A stretch of 51,699 bases of DNA from Nocardioidaceae bacterium (GTDB lineage Bacteria > Actinomycetota > Actinomycetes > Propionibacteriales > Nocardioidaceae), in NCBI GenBank assembly GCA_013697585.1, contig JACCWP010000026.1, positions 1 to 51,699 of the forward strand, given 5' to 3'. Both the position numbers and the translations under genes were made by a program. Positions 40,868-50,601 of this stretch are shown here, piece by piece; the stretch's first letter is position 1; every line of letters begins with the position of its first letter. Under the pieces are notes generated by a model. That model ran no database searches, was not told where the DNA came from, and was given only the letters and a program-made list of their open reading frames with translations.

Positions 40868-42358
40868 CTACTCCGGGCGGAGCAGCGGAAACAGGATCGC
40901 CTCGCGAATACCCGTGCCCATGAGGAGCATCGTGAGCCGGTCGATGCCGAGCCCCATTCCTCCGGCGGGAGGCATCCCGTGCTCGAGGGCACGCAAGAAT
41001 ACCTCGTCCAGGTCGTTGGCTTCGGGGTCGCCTGCGGCGGCGAGCAATGACTGCTGCTGGAGCCGCTCCCGCTGCACCACCGGGTCGTTGAGCTCGGAAT
41101 AGGCTGGAGCCAGCTCAATCCCGTTGATGACAAGATCGAATGCCTCGTTGAGACCAGCGGCCGACCGGTGTGGCTTGGCCAGCGGCTTCACCTTCTGCGG
41201 GTAGTCGCAGACGAACGTGGGCTGAATCAACGTCGGCTCGACGAGCTGCTCGTACAGCTCGACGACGACTGCGGCGGTGTCCCAGGCCGGTTGCAGCGCG
41301 ACGCCTCGGTCAGCTGCATGGGCGCGCATGGTGGTTTCGTCGGTGTCGAGGTCGACCCGCTCGCCGACGGCGGCGCTCACCAGGTCGAGCAGCCCGGCCC
41401 GCGTCCACGGTGCTTCGAGGTCGATACGGCCTCCGTCGCGGCCGGGCACGACTGTGCGGTCGAGTGCGCGAGCCGCGTCGATCACGAGATCACGCACCAG
41501 CACCATCATGGTCTCGTAGTCTCCGTACGCCTCGTAAGCCTCGAGCATCGAGAACTCCGCGCTGTGGGTCGAGTCGATGCCCTCGTTGCGAAAGGTCTTG
41601 CCAATCTCGTAGACCTTCTCGACCCCGCCGACCACGGCGCGCTTGAGATCGAGCTCGAGCGCGATGCGCAGCAGCATCGGTTGGTCGAAGGCGTCCAGGT
41701 GGGTGCGGAACGGTCGCGCCGCTGCCCCGCCGTTGGTCAGCTGCAGCACCGGGGTCTCCACCTCGATGAAGCCACGCCGGTGCAGGGTCTCGCGCAACGA
41801 TCGCAGCACGCTTGCCTTGGCGCGCACCATCTCGCGGGCCTCGGGGCGCTGAAGCATGTCGAGATACCGGTAGCGGACCCGCGCCTCGTCGGACAGCTGC
41901 CAGTGCTCCCCCGGGAGCGGCCGCAGCGCTTTGGCCGCCATCTGCCAGCCTCGCGCCTGCACCGAGAGCTCGCCGCGCCGGCTTGCGACGACCTCACCCT
42001 CGACCGCGATGTGGTCGCCGATGTCGACGAGAGCCTTGAACTCGTCGAGGCGCTCCTGGCCGACGTCGGCGAGCGAGACCATGACCTGCAGCTCGGTGCC
42101 ATCACCCTCGCGCAGCCGGGCGAAGCAGAGCTTGCCGGTGTTGCGCGCGAAGATCACCCGGCCGGTGACGGCCACCTGGTCGCCGGTGCCGGCGCCCGGC
42201 TCGAGATCGGAACCGTCATAGGCGTCCCGGATCGCGCGCAGACTGTGCGAACGCGGCACGGTGATCGGGTACGGGTCCATCCCGGCGGAAAGCATTCGCT
42301 GCCGCTTCTCGCGACGCACCCGTTCTTGCTCGGACAGGTCGGCACCGGGCTCGGGCAT
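40868..42358 (-). CDS. lysS: Lysine--tRNA ligase (class II)
   Basis: 496 aa with an OB-fold N-terminus and class-II motifs (FRNEGIDSTHSAEFSMLE and GMGLGIDRLTMLL). Confidence 0.95.
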   Translation of the reverse strand: MPEPGADLSEQERVRREKRQRMLSAGMDPYPITVPRSHSLRAIRDAYDGSDLEPGAGTGDQVAVTGRVIFARNTGKLCFARLREGDGTELQVMVSLADVGQERLDEFKALVDIGDHIAVEGEVVASRRGELSVQARGWQMAAKALRPLPGEHWQLSDEARVRYRYLDMLQRPEAREMVRAKASVLRSLRETLHRRGFIEVETPVLQLTNGGAAARPFRTHLDAFDQPMLLRIALELDLKRAVVGGVEKVYEIGKTFRNEGIDSTHSAEFSMLEAYEAYGDYETMMVLVRDLVIDAARALDRTVVPGRDGGRIDLEAPWTRAGLLDLVSAAVGERVDLDTDETTMRAHAADRGVALQPAWDTAAVVVELYEQLVEPTLIQPTFVCDYPQKVKPLAKPHRSAAGLNEAFDLVINGIELAPAYSELNDPVVQRERLQQQSLLAAAGDPEANDLDEVFLRALEHGMPPAGGMGLGIDRLTMLLMGTGIREAILFPLLRPE

Positions 42359-42430
42359 GGGTACGCAGGCTAGTCGGACCTCTGCCGAGGCCGGTGCGAG
42401 ACGTCATGCGTCCCGCGGCCGATGGCCGGC

Positions 42431-43234
42431 TCAGCAGTTGCGTTCGAAGACCAGCCGCAGGCCGATCAGGGTCAAGGCCGGCTCGTGCGCGTCGACCTGG
42501 GCGCACTCGTCCAGGATCACCGGCGCCAGGCCGCCGGTGGCCACGACGGTCACGTCCGAGCGGCGGGCACCGAGCGCCTCGACCATTCGGGCGACGACGC
42601 CGTCGACCTGGCTGGCGAATCCGAACACGGCACCCGACTGGAGCGCTTCGACCGTGTTCTTGGCAATCACCGACCGCGGCCGGGCCAGCTCGACTCGACG
42701 CAGCTGCGAGCCGCGACGCCCCAGGGCCTCCAGCGAGATCTCGATGCCGGGTGCGATCGCCCCGCCCACGTACTCGCCGGCGGGGCTGACCACGTCGAAC
42801 GTGGTGGCCGTGCCGACGTCGACGACGATGCACGGTCCGCCGAACAGCGACGACGCCGCGAGCGCGTTGACGATGCGGTCAGTGCCGACCTCGCGGGGGT
42901 TGTCCATGTGCACGGGCACGCCGGTGCGGACGCCGGTCTCCACGATCAGGTGGGGCACGTCGCAGAAGTAGCGCTCGAGCACCTGCCGTACCTCGTGGAG
43001 CACCATCGGCACCGTGGAACAGACCGCGATGCCGCTCGTGGGCACCCCCAGCTGCCCTGGTGGCACGTCGTGGCCGGGGTCGACGCCGCCGCGCAGCAGG
43101 CCGCGCAGCAAGACGAACCACTCGTCGGCAGTGCGGCTCTCGGCTGTTGTCACGCGCCACTGGTGCAGCAGCTTGTCGCCCTCGAACAACCCCAGCCCGG
43201 TGTGGCTGTTGCCGATGTCGACGCACAGCAACAC
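42431..43234 (-). CDS. coaX: Type III pantothenate kinase
   Basis: GTG at 43234 (VLLCVDIGNSHTGLGLF) lies 2 nt after the panC stop and is preceded by GGGAGG. The ORF-track start (43657) is over-extended. Confidence 0.9.
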   Translation of the reverse strand: MLLCVDIGNSHTGLGLFEGDKLLHQWRVTTAESRTADEWFVLLRGLLRGGVDPGHDVPPGQLGVPTSGIAVCSTVPMVLHEVRQVLERYFCDVPHLIVETGVRTGVPVHMDNPREVGTDRIVNALAASSLFGGPCIVVDVGTATTFDVVSPAGEYVGGAIAPGIEISLEALGRRGSQLRRVELARPRSVIAKNTVEALQSGAVFGFASQVDGVVARMVEALGARRSDVTVVATGGLAPVILDECAQVDAHEPALTLIGLRLVFERNC

Positions 43235-43236
43235 GA

Positions 43237-44118
43237 TCAGCCACCTCCCGCGCTCAGCCCGAGATCGACTGCTGCGTTGTCTATCAGCCGAGTCTCGCCG
43301 ATGCGCGCGGCCACGAGCAGTCGTGACGGGCCGGAGTCCGGCGGCTTGGCGAGGTCGGGCGCGACGACGCTCACGTAGTCCGGCCACAGGCCCGAGACGC
43401 CGTCGAGCACCGCTCGCGCGGCCGACTCCACTTCGGCAGGGCCAGCCGACCCACGGCCGCTTCCGGCCTGAAGCGCCCGCCACAGCGCGGTGGCATCCCG
43501 ACGCTGGTCGGCGTCGAGATAGCCGTTGCGCGATGAGAGGGCGAGCCCGTCGGGCTCGCGGACGATCGGGACGCCGCGCACGTCGACCCGTTGCGAGAGC
43601 TGGCGCACCATGCGACGCACCAGCACGAGCTGCTGATAGTCCTTCGCGCCGAACCATGCCGTGGCGGGCCGGACCAGCCCGACCAGCGCGGCAACCACCG
43701 TGAGCACGCCGCGGAAATGACCCGGCCGAGCCGCACCTTCCAGCACGGCCCCGAGCGGGCCGGGATCGACGCTGACGCCGCCATCGGGCCCGTCGGGATA
43801 GATGTCTGCGACGTCGGGAGCGAGGACGACGTCGACACCCTCGCGGGCGCAGGTCTCGAGGTCGGCGTCCCAGGTGCGGGGGTAGCGGTGGAGGTCCTCG
43901 CCGGGCGCGAACTGCAGCGGGTTCACGAAGATCGAGGTGACCACGAGGTCGGCGTCCGCGCGTGCCTCACGCAGCAGCGCCGCATGGCCCGCGTGGAGAG
44001 CGCCCATGGTGGGCACCAGGCCGACGCGCCGCTCGGCGCCCCGCGCGAGGGCGAGCACGCCGTCAAGCTCGCAACGGGTGCGGACGACCGTCGGCTGACT
44101 CGCTCTCGACCCGGCCAT
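43237..44118 (-). CDS. panC: Pantoate--beta-alanine ligase
   Basis: 293 aa with VPTMGALHAGHAAL and VTSIFVNPLQF. An ATGA overlap joins it to the upstream gene's stop. Confidence 0.95.
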   Translation of the reverse strand: MAGSRASQPTVVRTRCELDGVLALARGAERRVGLVPTMGALHAGHAALLREARADADLVVTSIFVNPLQFAPGEDLHRYPRTWDADLETCAREGVDVVLAPDVADIYPDGPDGGVSVDPGPLGAVLEGAARPGHFRGVLTVVAALVGLVRPATAWFGAKDYQQLVLVRRMVRQLSQRVDVRGVPIVREPDGLALSSRNGYLDADQRRDATALWRALQAGSGRGSAGPAEVESAARAVLDGVSGLWPDYVSVVAPDLAKPPDSGPSRLLVAARIGETRLIDNAAVDLGLSAGGG

Positions 44119-45017
44119 CAGGTCGACGCCCGGTCGCCGCCCAGCAGGTCGTCGAGCGCAGCGTGCTGATCGGCCGTCAGCCTCTCGTCGCGCTCGGCCC
44201 GCCGCGCGGTGGCGGCCGCCATCGCCCGGTAGGCGTCCCGGGTGGTCGGGTCTGCGTCCTCCAGCGCGGCCAGGTGGGCCGCCACGGTGCGGACGTCACC
44301 GCGCACGACGGGGCCGGTCAGCGCGGCGTCACCGTAGGTCAAGACATTGTCCAGCGCGGCGTGCAGCAGGGGTCGCAGCACTGCCGCCGGATCGGTGGAT
44401 CCCGTCGACCGGAGCAGGTCCATCGCCTCGCCGACCAGGGTGACCAGGTGGTTGGCGCCGTGAGCGAGCGCCGCGTGGTAGCGGGCCCGCTGGTCCTCCG
44501 GAACGTGCACCGCGCGGGCGCCGAGGTCAGCCGCGAGCCGCTCGCCGATCGCCCGGCCACGCGGGCCAGCGGTGAGACCGAGGACGGTGCTCGGCAACCG
44601 GGCGAGATCGACGTCGGTGCCGGTGAACGTCATGGCCGGGTGCAGCGCCACGGCGATCGCGCCGACCTCGGCAGCCGGTGCGAGGACGCCGGTGCCGTGC
44701 CGGCCGCTGGTGTGCACGACCACCTGACCGGGACGCAACGCATGGGCGTCGGCGAGGGTCTCGACGAGCCCGGCCAGCACGTCGTCGGGCACGGTGAGCA
44801 GCAGCAGGTCGGCGGCGCGAGCGACCTGCTCGGGTGGCAGCGGAGCGAGCCCCGGCAACAGCGTCTCGAGCCGGGTGCGGGACCCAGCCGACCCCCCCGA
44901 GGCCGCGACGACCTCGTGGCCAGCGGCCCGCATCGCGGCCGCGAGCACCGCCCCGACACGTCCGGCACCGATGACGCCGATGCGATAGCGAGCCGGGTCG
45001 TCACTGGGGATGGTCAT
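44118..45017 (-). CDS. Rossmann-fold / DUF2520 domain protein (Rv3603c-like)
   Basis: MTIPSDDPARYRIGVIGAGRVGAVLA... The ATG at 45017 follows GAAAGG. An alternative GTG lies at 45026. Confidence 0.75.
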   Translation of the reverse strand: MTIPSDDPARYRIGVIGAGRVGAVLAAAMRAAGHEVVAASGGSAGSRTRLETLLPGLAPLPPEQVARAADLLLLTVPDDVLAGLVETLADAHALRPGQVVVHTSGRHGTGVLAPAAEVGAIAVALHPAMTFTGTDVDLARLPSTVLGLTAGPRGRAIGERLAADLGARAVHVPEDQRARYHAALAHGANHLVTLVGEAMDLLRSTGSTDPAAVLRPLLHAALDNVLTYGDAALTGPVVRGDVRTVAAHLAALEDADPTTRDAYRAMAAATARRAERDERLTADQHAALDDLLGGDRAST

Positions 45018-45126
45018 GCGCTGCACCTTTCGTTCCAGTCCCGCTGGGGGTACCGGACGGTGGGCCGAGCGGATTCAGCGTACGTCGCCGGCGGACCGCG
45101 CGCACCGAGCCGACCGGTGCCGTCCG

Positions 45127-46500
45127 TCACACCCGGGCGCTGGCACCGGCGGTGGTGGCCACGGTCAGCGCGGTCCGCCACGCCTCGCTCTGGTCGCGGT
45201 GCAGACCGACTGCCTGCACCGGACCTGGTGGCAGGTGGAGGCGCAGCGTGGCGAGGCCGAGCCGACGCTGCAGCGGGCCCTGCCGCACGGCGCACGACTG
45301 CACCTTGTGCCGTGGCACGACGTCGGTACGCCGGGTGAGCCACCCTCGCCTCGTGACGACCACTCCCGGCCCACCGGGGGCTCCCGCCGACATCCCCAGG
45401 GCCAGCACCCGGCGGGTGAGGGGCGCCAGCACCATGGCCCGGTGGGGGATCCCGGTCAGCGGCACGCTCGCAATGTCGCCGGCGAGCGCGTCGATGGCGA
45501 TCCGCGCGCCCCGATCGCGCTCGACCACGGGCAGCAGCGTCGCCGACAGCCGGCCGGTGTCGTCGCTGCGGCTGCCTACGCCGGCCACGGTGACCAGTCC
45601 CTCGCACCAGCCCAGCCGGCGCCAGACCATCGGCTCGACCACCACGACCCCTTGCACCCGGTCGGTGGGGATCGACTGGGTGCGTACGTCGAGCAGACCT
45701 GCCCGGACGGCAAGGCCTCGTGCCGTCCGGGTCAGCGTGAAGCCGTAGTGCGAGACGAACCCGCTCCACACCGCGTTGCCGACCGCGAGCGCGGCCGGGA
45801 GGACCAGGGCTAGCCCGAGCGGTTCGCCGACAACGACCGAGATGGTGGCGGCCGCTGCGGCGCCGAGCAGGGCGACCAGTGGACCGGTGCGCACCAGCTG
45901 GCTGACCAGCAGCAGCCCCGGTGTCGCCCGGTGCAGAACCTCGTGCACCCCTTCGGCCGCCTCCTGGTGCTGTGACTCGGTCCCCTCGCGCGCTGTGGCG
46001 GCACGACCCTGCCCGGCTCGGCCCGACAGCTGGCCCGCCCGGGCGAGCAGCTCGACCCGCAGCTGCTGTGCCTGGGCGAGCGTGACGTACGCCAGCGTGG
46101 CCTCGGTGCCGTCGCCTGCGGTCTCGATCTGCAGCTCGGCCATGCGGAACACCCTTGCCAGCAGTGGCTGCTGCACCTCGACCGCCTGGACCCGGTCGAG
46201 CCGGATCCGCCGGGACCGTCGCACCACGATGCCGCTCTCGATCCGCAGCGTGTCGCTACCGACCTGATAGCGGGTCGTCCACCACGTCAGCGCTGCCCAG
46301 GCAGCGGCTGCCGCCACGACGGCGACGACGATCGGCAGCGGCCAGTCGACAGGGCCTCCCTCGAGCAGCTGCCGGCCCGCCGCAACCGTGATGGCCACGG
46401 CGATGATTCCGCCGCGCAGCAACGGTGTCAGCGGATGCAGCCGGCGCATCGGCGTGTCGCCCGACGGGGGTGCGGCCGGCGCTGGGTGATCGGCGGTCAC
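45127..46500 (-). CDS. Membrane protein with repeated bacterial PH (bPH_2/YdbT-like) domains
   Basis: 457 aa with RRLHPLTPLLRGG. TM pairs alternate with about three bPH-like modules. A GTGA overlap joins it to the upstream PH-domain gene. Confidence 0.7.
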   Translation of the reverse strand: MTADHPAPAAPPSGDTPMRRLHPLTPLLRGGIIAVAITVAAGRQLLEGGPVDWPLPIVVAVVAAAAAWAALTWWTTRYQVGSDTLRIESGIVVRRSRRIRLDRVQAVEVQQPLLARVFRMAELQIETAGDGTEATLAYVTLAQAQQLRVELLARAGQLSGRAGQGRAATAREGTESQHQEAAEGVHEVLHRATPGLLLVSQLVRTGPLVALLGAAAAATISVVVGEPLGLALVLPAALAVGNAVWSGFVSHYGFTLTRTARGLAVRAGLLDVRTQSIPTDRVQGVVVVEPMVWRRLGWCEGLVTVAGVGSRSDDTGRLSATLLPVVERDRGARIAIDALAGDIASVPLTGIPHRAMVLAPLTRRVLALGMSAGAPGGPGVVVTRRGWLTRRTDVVPRHKVQSCAVRQGPLQRRLGLATLRLHLPPGPVQAVGLHRDQSEAWRTALTVATTAGASARV

Positions 46501-47000
46501 AGACCGGCTGCCTGCGCCTCGCCACGTTCGGCGAGCCGGTCGCGGAGCCGCCGCGCGTCCTCAGGCGGCAGCCCCGGCACGCGCGCCCTGGTGCTCGGTG
46601 ACGCGGTGTGCAGCATGACCGTCGTGACGCCGAAGGCCCGCTGCAGCGGCCCGGCGGTGACGTCCACCAGCTGCATCCGTCCGTACGGCACGACGTCGAG
46701 GCGGCGCCAGACGCGCCCTCGGGTGACCACGAGGTCGCTGTCGCGCTCCACCCAACCCCAGGCAGCCACCTGCCGGCCGGTGAGCCACCAGCCGTAGGCG
46801 CTCACCACGAGGAGGGCGCCGACGGCCACCGCGACGACGGGCCGTGTGCTCGGGACCATGACGGCGAGCACCACCAGCAGCACGACCAGCAGCATCGCGG
46901 CGCAGAGCATCTCGACCCGGCGCAACGTGGCGAGCCGGGGGCTCACCCGCGACCACACCGAACCGGGCACCGCGAACGGGTCGGGGGCGTTCGCTGTCAC
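46497..47000 (-). CDS. Single bPH_2 (YdbS-like) domain membrane protein
   Basis: GTG at 47000 (VTANAPDPF...). There are two TM segments, then VVPYGRMQLVDVTAGPLQRAFGVTTVMLHTAS...VPGLPPEDARRLRDRL. The ORF-track start (47255) runs into the next gene. Confidence 0.65.
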   Translation of the reverse strand: MTANAPDPFAVPGSVWSRVSPRLATLRRVEMLCAAMLLVVLLVVLAVMVPSTRPVVAVAVGALLVVSAYGWWLTGRQVAAWGWVERDSDLVVTRGRVWRRLDVVPYGRMQLVDVTAGPLQRAFGVTTVMLHTASPSTRARVPGLPPEDARRLRDRLAERGEAQAAGL

Positions 47001-47026
47001 GACGTCGAGGGTACGCAGCGCGGCCG

Positions 47027-48109
47027 CTAGTCCAGCTGGACCACGTCGGCGAGGATGCCGTCGCCGTCCAGGCGATGCTCGGCGGGACTGTCGTAGACGA
47101 CCAGCAACCGACGCCCGCCGTCGACGTCGACGTCGCCCAGCAGGCAGAGTCCCTCCGGATGGTCGTCGCCCTCGCCGTACGGCAGCTCCAGCAGCCGGCT
47201 GATCTCGTCGCCGCGCACCACCTCCGAGGCGTCTGAGTCCGCAGCGTCGTGCCACCGATGCACCCGGACGGGACCGTCGAGGTCCATGCTCGGACCGCTC
47301 AGGACGAGCAGGTCGTCACCGTCCGGGCACAGGTCACGCACCCCCAGGCCGTCCAGGTCGAGGAAGTGCTTGCGATAGGGCTCCTTGTCGGGGCCGATCT
47401 TCCGCAGCCGGAGCACATACGGGTCGTCGTCGTCGACGTAGGGGTGGACCTCGAGCACGACGGCCCACCCGCGCAGCACCGGACCGCGCAGTCCCAGGTA
47501 GAGCCGCTCGTTCAGAGCGGCGACACCTTCGAGGTCGAAACCGTTGTCCTTGCTGGGAATGGCGATGAATGGGCCGAGGTGGTCGTCGTCGGCGAGCAGG
47601 TCGGTCAGCGAGGTGCCGGCGCCACTGAGCACGGCCGCCGTGCGCGGCTCGCCGTCGGTCGTGACCTCACGCACGAGGCTCGGCAGGCCGTCGTCGTCGG
47701 TCACCACCGGGATCCTGACGACCACCCGACGGTTCGGCTCGTCCTCGACCTTTGCCAGCTGCTTGACTGCCTTGGCGTCGGCATGCTTGGCCTTGATCTT
47801 CTTGCGCTTGAGGCTGTGGGAGCCGACCGCCCACAGGTACGCCCCCGCACGGCCGATCCCCTCGATGTCGGCCTCGTCGCCGGCCGGACCTGGCAGGTCG
47901 ACGTAGTCGGCAAGGGCAAAGCTGCGGTGCGCGCCGTACGAGCCAGCCGGGCTCGACGAGTCGGCGACGAGCCGCTCGAGGGTCGCCGTCTCGTCACCGG
48001 CGACCCACAGGCAGCTGCCCTCGGCCCGCACCGCCGACAGGTTGGTGTGCGTACCGGCGTCTCGGGCATCGCTTCCGAACCGCAGCCGAACCGTGTCCGC
48101 GTCAGTCAT
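47027..48109 (-). CDS. Hypothetical cytoplasmic protein, DUF3616-like (assignment from memory, weak)
   Basis: Start MTDADTVRLRFG at ATG 48109, 360 aa. The protein is acidic, with an unusual Lys-rich patch (SLKRKKIKAKHADAKAVKQLAKVEDE) and the segments LYLGLRGPVLRGWAVVLEV and EGLCLL. No signal peptide is present. Confidence 0.5.
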   Translation of the reverse strand: MTDADTVRLRFGSDARDAGTHTNLSAVRAEGSCLWVAGDETATLERLVADSSSPAGSYGAHRSFALADYVDLPGPAGDEADIEGIGRAGAYLWAVGSHSLKRKKIKAKHADAKAVKQLAKVEDEPNRRVVVRIPVVTDDDGLPSLVREVTTDGEPRTAAVLSGAGTSLTDLLADDDHLGPFIAIPSKDNGFDLEGVAALNERLYLGLRGPVLRGWAVVLEVHPYVDDDDPYVLRLRKIGPDKEPYRKHFLDLDGLGVRDLCPDGDDLLVLSGPSMDLDGPVRVHRWHDAADSDASEVVRGDEISRLLELPYGEGDDHPEGLCLLGDVDVDGGRRLLVVYDSPAEHRLDGDGILADVVQLD

Positions 48110-48194
48110 GCCCGCGAGCCTGCCACGACACGACGCCAGGCTCAGCCCGCACCCGCCCAGCGCGGCACCGTCCACGCACCGCCATGATCGTCGG

Positions 48195-49091
48195 ATGGGC
48201 GCGACCAACCAGTGGATCGAGGTGCCGGTCAACGCGGGCTCCCTCTCCGCGCTGCGCTTCGGCACCGGACCACGGACCGCCGTTGCCGCCCACGGCATCA
48301 CCGCCTCAGGCATGGCGTTCCGCGCGGTTGCGCGCCGGCTGCCGAGCGACTGGACCCTGATCGCACTCGACCTGCGCGGCCGTGGCGCCAGCGCCGCACT
48401 GCCCGGCCCGTTCGGCATCGACGCGCACGCCAGCGACATCTGCGGTTCGGTCGAGCAGCTCGGGATCGGCCCCGTCACGCTGGTCGGTCACTCGATGGGC
48501 GCGTACGCGGCGCTGCGTGCCGCCGCGAACCGCCCCGACCTGATCGAGCGGCTGGTCCTGGTCGATGGCGGCATCCCACTCCCGGTGCCCGACGGTGCCG
48601 ACCTGGACCAGGTGCTCGAGGACACCGTCGGTCCGGCGATCGCGCGGTTGAGTCAGACGTTCCCGTCCGAGCAGGCCCACCTCGACCTGTTCCGGGACCA
48701 CCCCGCACTGGCCGGCTCGTGGAACGCGGACCTCGAGGCGTACGTCCGCTACGACCTCACCGGCTCGCCAGGAGCGTTCCGTTCGGTGGTCAACGAGACG
48801 GCGGTGCGACGCGACGGGCGCGACCTCCTCGACAGTGCCCGATCCATCGGCGCGGATCTGGCCGGTCTGGCCGTGCCGACACTGCTGCTGGTCGCGCCGT
48901 CGGGGATGCTGGGCGAGCCGCCCGGCCTGCTCCCGAAGCCCCTCGTCGAGCACTGGGACCGGCAGACCGCAGCCTTGCGCGTGGAGGTGGTCGGCGACAC
49001 CAACCACTACACGATCTTGATGGGTGAGCTCGGCGCGGACACCGTCGCCGCGCGCATCGACGACGCCTTCACCTGGCCGCCGGCAACGTGA
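48195..49091 (+). CDS. Alpha/beta hydrolase fold protein
   Basis: Start MGATNQWIEV at ATG 48195. It has the nucleophile elbow GHSMGA, an HG-type oxyanion region (AAHGITASG) and a C-terminal GDTNHY (His). It is divergent from the DUF3616-like gene. Confidence 0.8.
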   Translation: MGATNQWIEVPVNAGSLSALRFGTGPRTAVAAHGITASGMAFRAVARRLPSDWTLIALDLRGRGASAALPGPFGIDAHASDICGSVEQLGIGPVTLVGHSMGAYAALRAAANRPDLIERLVLVDGGIPLPVPDGADLDQVLEDTVGPAIARLSQTFPSEQAHLDLFRDHPALAGSWNADLEAYVRYDLTGSPGAFRSVVNETAVRRDGRDLLDSARSIGADLAGLAVPTLLLVAPSGMLGEPPGLLPKPLVEHWDRQTAALRVEVVGDTNHYTILMGELGADTVAARIDDAFTWPPAT

Positions 49092-49163
49092 CGGAGTGAC
49101 TCACTGGTTGAGCTGCGGCGTAGGCAGTTCGGCCTCCTCGTGCCAGCCGGTGCCTCTCGGCTG

Positions 49164-49709
49164 CTAGCCGCTGGCTCGTCCTCGGTCGACCGCGCCGAAC
49201 AACCGGTACGGCCTGGGCGCCCAGTCGCCGGCGCCGCCCCGCCCGTCAGACCGGACAGCGACCCGCACAGAGAACGGTCGGTTGAAGCACCTGGGCGCGA
49301 ACTCGAAGGTGGCGACACCGCGGAAGCCGAACCGGATCCGCATGTCGCTGTCGCAGCGCGTGAGAACCTGCGCCGTGGGATCCCTCCAGCCCTCGACCCG
49401 GAACACCTGCCAGTCCGTGTCCGTCCTCAGCCCACCCGAGACGGCGAACTCCGGGCCGCTGTCGCGCCGCCTGGTGTCGAAGTAGACGGTCCAGCTGCGG
49501 GGCTTGTGGCGGGCCACGTAGTCGAAGCGCGCCCTGACAATGAGCCGCTCGTCGTGGACGACTCGCACCTCTCGGATGTCGAGTCCGCGGCGGGCATCAT
49601 CTGCCCGGTCCTCGAACGTGCGGGCGTCGGCGGCGGCCGGAGCGGCCGGGAGCAGCGCCGCAGCACTGGCGAGACAGACCGACGCGACCAGAACCCTGAA
49701 CAGCTGCAT
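49164..49709 (-). CDS. Small secreted hypothetical protein
   Basis: 181 aa with a signal peptide (MQLFRVLVASVCLASAAALLPAAPAAADA), 2 Cys, and a beta-rich look. The ATG lies 6 nt after the stop of the methyltransferase remnant, and GAGGTG serves as its SD. Confidence 0.5.
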   Translation of the reverse strand: MQLFRVLVASVCLASAAALLPAAPAAADARTFEDRADDARRGLDIREVRVVHDERLIVRARFDYVARHKPRSWTVYFDTRRRDSGPEFAVSGGLRTDTDWQVFRVEGWRDPTAQVLTRCDSDMRIRFGFRGVATFEFAPRCFNRPFSVRVAVRSDGRGGAGDWAPRPYRLFGAVDRGRASG

Positions 49710-49715
49710 GGGGCC

Positions 49716-49862
49716 TCACACCTCGTAGACCTTGAGGACCTCGTCCCCGTAGTGGTTGATGACCTTGACCGCGATCCGACCCGAGTCCGGCCGCTCGAAG
49801 GGCCGGGACCGGGTGTCGTACAGCGTGGCCCACGCGGCCTCGTCGATGTCGGCCTTGAGCGC
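49716..49862 (-). pseudogene. 3'-terminal remnant of a site-specific DNA methyltransferase gene
   Basis: It translates to LKADIDEAAWATLYDTRSRPFERPDSGRIAVKVINHYGDEVLKVYEV*. I recognise this tail (...GKIAVKVINHxGDEV.KV...) from large Mod-like N6/N4 DNA methylases. No upstream coding continuity exists. The right boundary is approximate (49.86-49.88 kb). Confidence 0.6.
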
Positions 49863-49875
49863 CCGCTTCAACCGC

Positions 49876-50601
49876 GCGTACGGGTGGGAGCTGTTCGGCG
49901 AGGCCAACGGGGCGCCGACGCTGCAAGACTTGCGTCGACAGGTCGGCCAGTACCGTCAGCAGCCACTCGGACCACGCGAAGACCCGATCATCGGCTCCAT
50001 CTTTGTACGCGACACCGTCTTCTTTCCGCTCGACGCTCCCTCCGGGCCTCTGCCGGAGTTCGCCTCCAACCTCGTACAGGGCAAAGGCTACGACCTCGCT
50101 GCCCCGAGCACTGGGGAGCCACTTCGAGGACATCCTCGCAAGGCTGCTCGGACGAGCGGTGGAGTTCGACCTTGACGCTCCGTGGCACATCACTGGACCG
50201 ATGTTCGGGGACCCGCGGCTCGCTCCTCGCCGCCTCGGGCAACGAGCCTTTTAAGGAGTCGTTCTCAACGCCTACGGCGGAAGATGCGCCATCACTGGAG
50301 ACCGCATCAGACCAGTGCTTCAAGCAGCACACATACGACCGGTGACTGCTGGGGGGAGCATCGTCTAGACAACGGGGTGCTGCTGAGGTCCGACGTGCAC
50401 ACGCTCTTCGACCGTGGATACCTGAGTGTCGACCCGAGGCACCGACTGGCGGTGAGTCCACGCTTGCGCGACGAGTTTTCCAACGGGGACGAGTTCTATG
50501 ACCGACAGGGAATCCGGATCGAGGTGCCGTCCAGGCGACTGGACAGGCCACACAAGGACTTCCTGGAGTGGCATCGCGACGAGCGGTTCCTCGCTTCATG
50601 A
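49876..50601 (+). pseudogene. HNH_2-type HNH endonuclease gene, 5'-truncated, with two frameshifts and one nonsense codon
   Basis: Three pieces:
- AYGWELFGEANGAPTLQDLRRQV...DPIIGSIFVRDTVFFP...PEFASNLVQGKGYDL.
- After a frame change at G-run 50113-50116: HFEDILARLL...GDPRLAPRRLGQRAF, then TAA at 50252-50254, then GVVLNAYGGRCAITGDRIRPVLQAAHIRPVTAGG.
- After a frame change at G-run 50351-50356: EHRLDNGVLLRSDVHTLFDRGYLSV...WHRDERFLAS*. Confidence 0.7.

Noticed and set aside
49092-49163. Terminator between the convergent hydrolase and secreted-protein genes
   Set aside because: Only a 6-bp stem (CAGCCG...CGGCTG) is present, with no U-tract. This is too weak to call.
50113-50356. Programmed ribosomal frameshifting in the HNH gene
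   Set aside because: The gene also carries an in-frame TAA and lacks its 5' end, so decay (or homopolymer sequencing error at the G-runs) is a simpler explanation than recoding.
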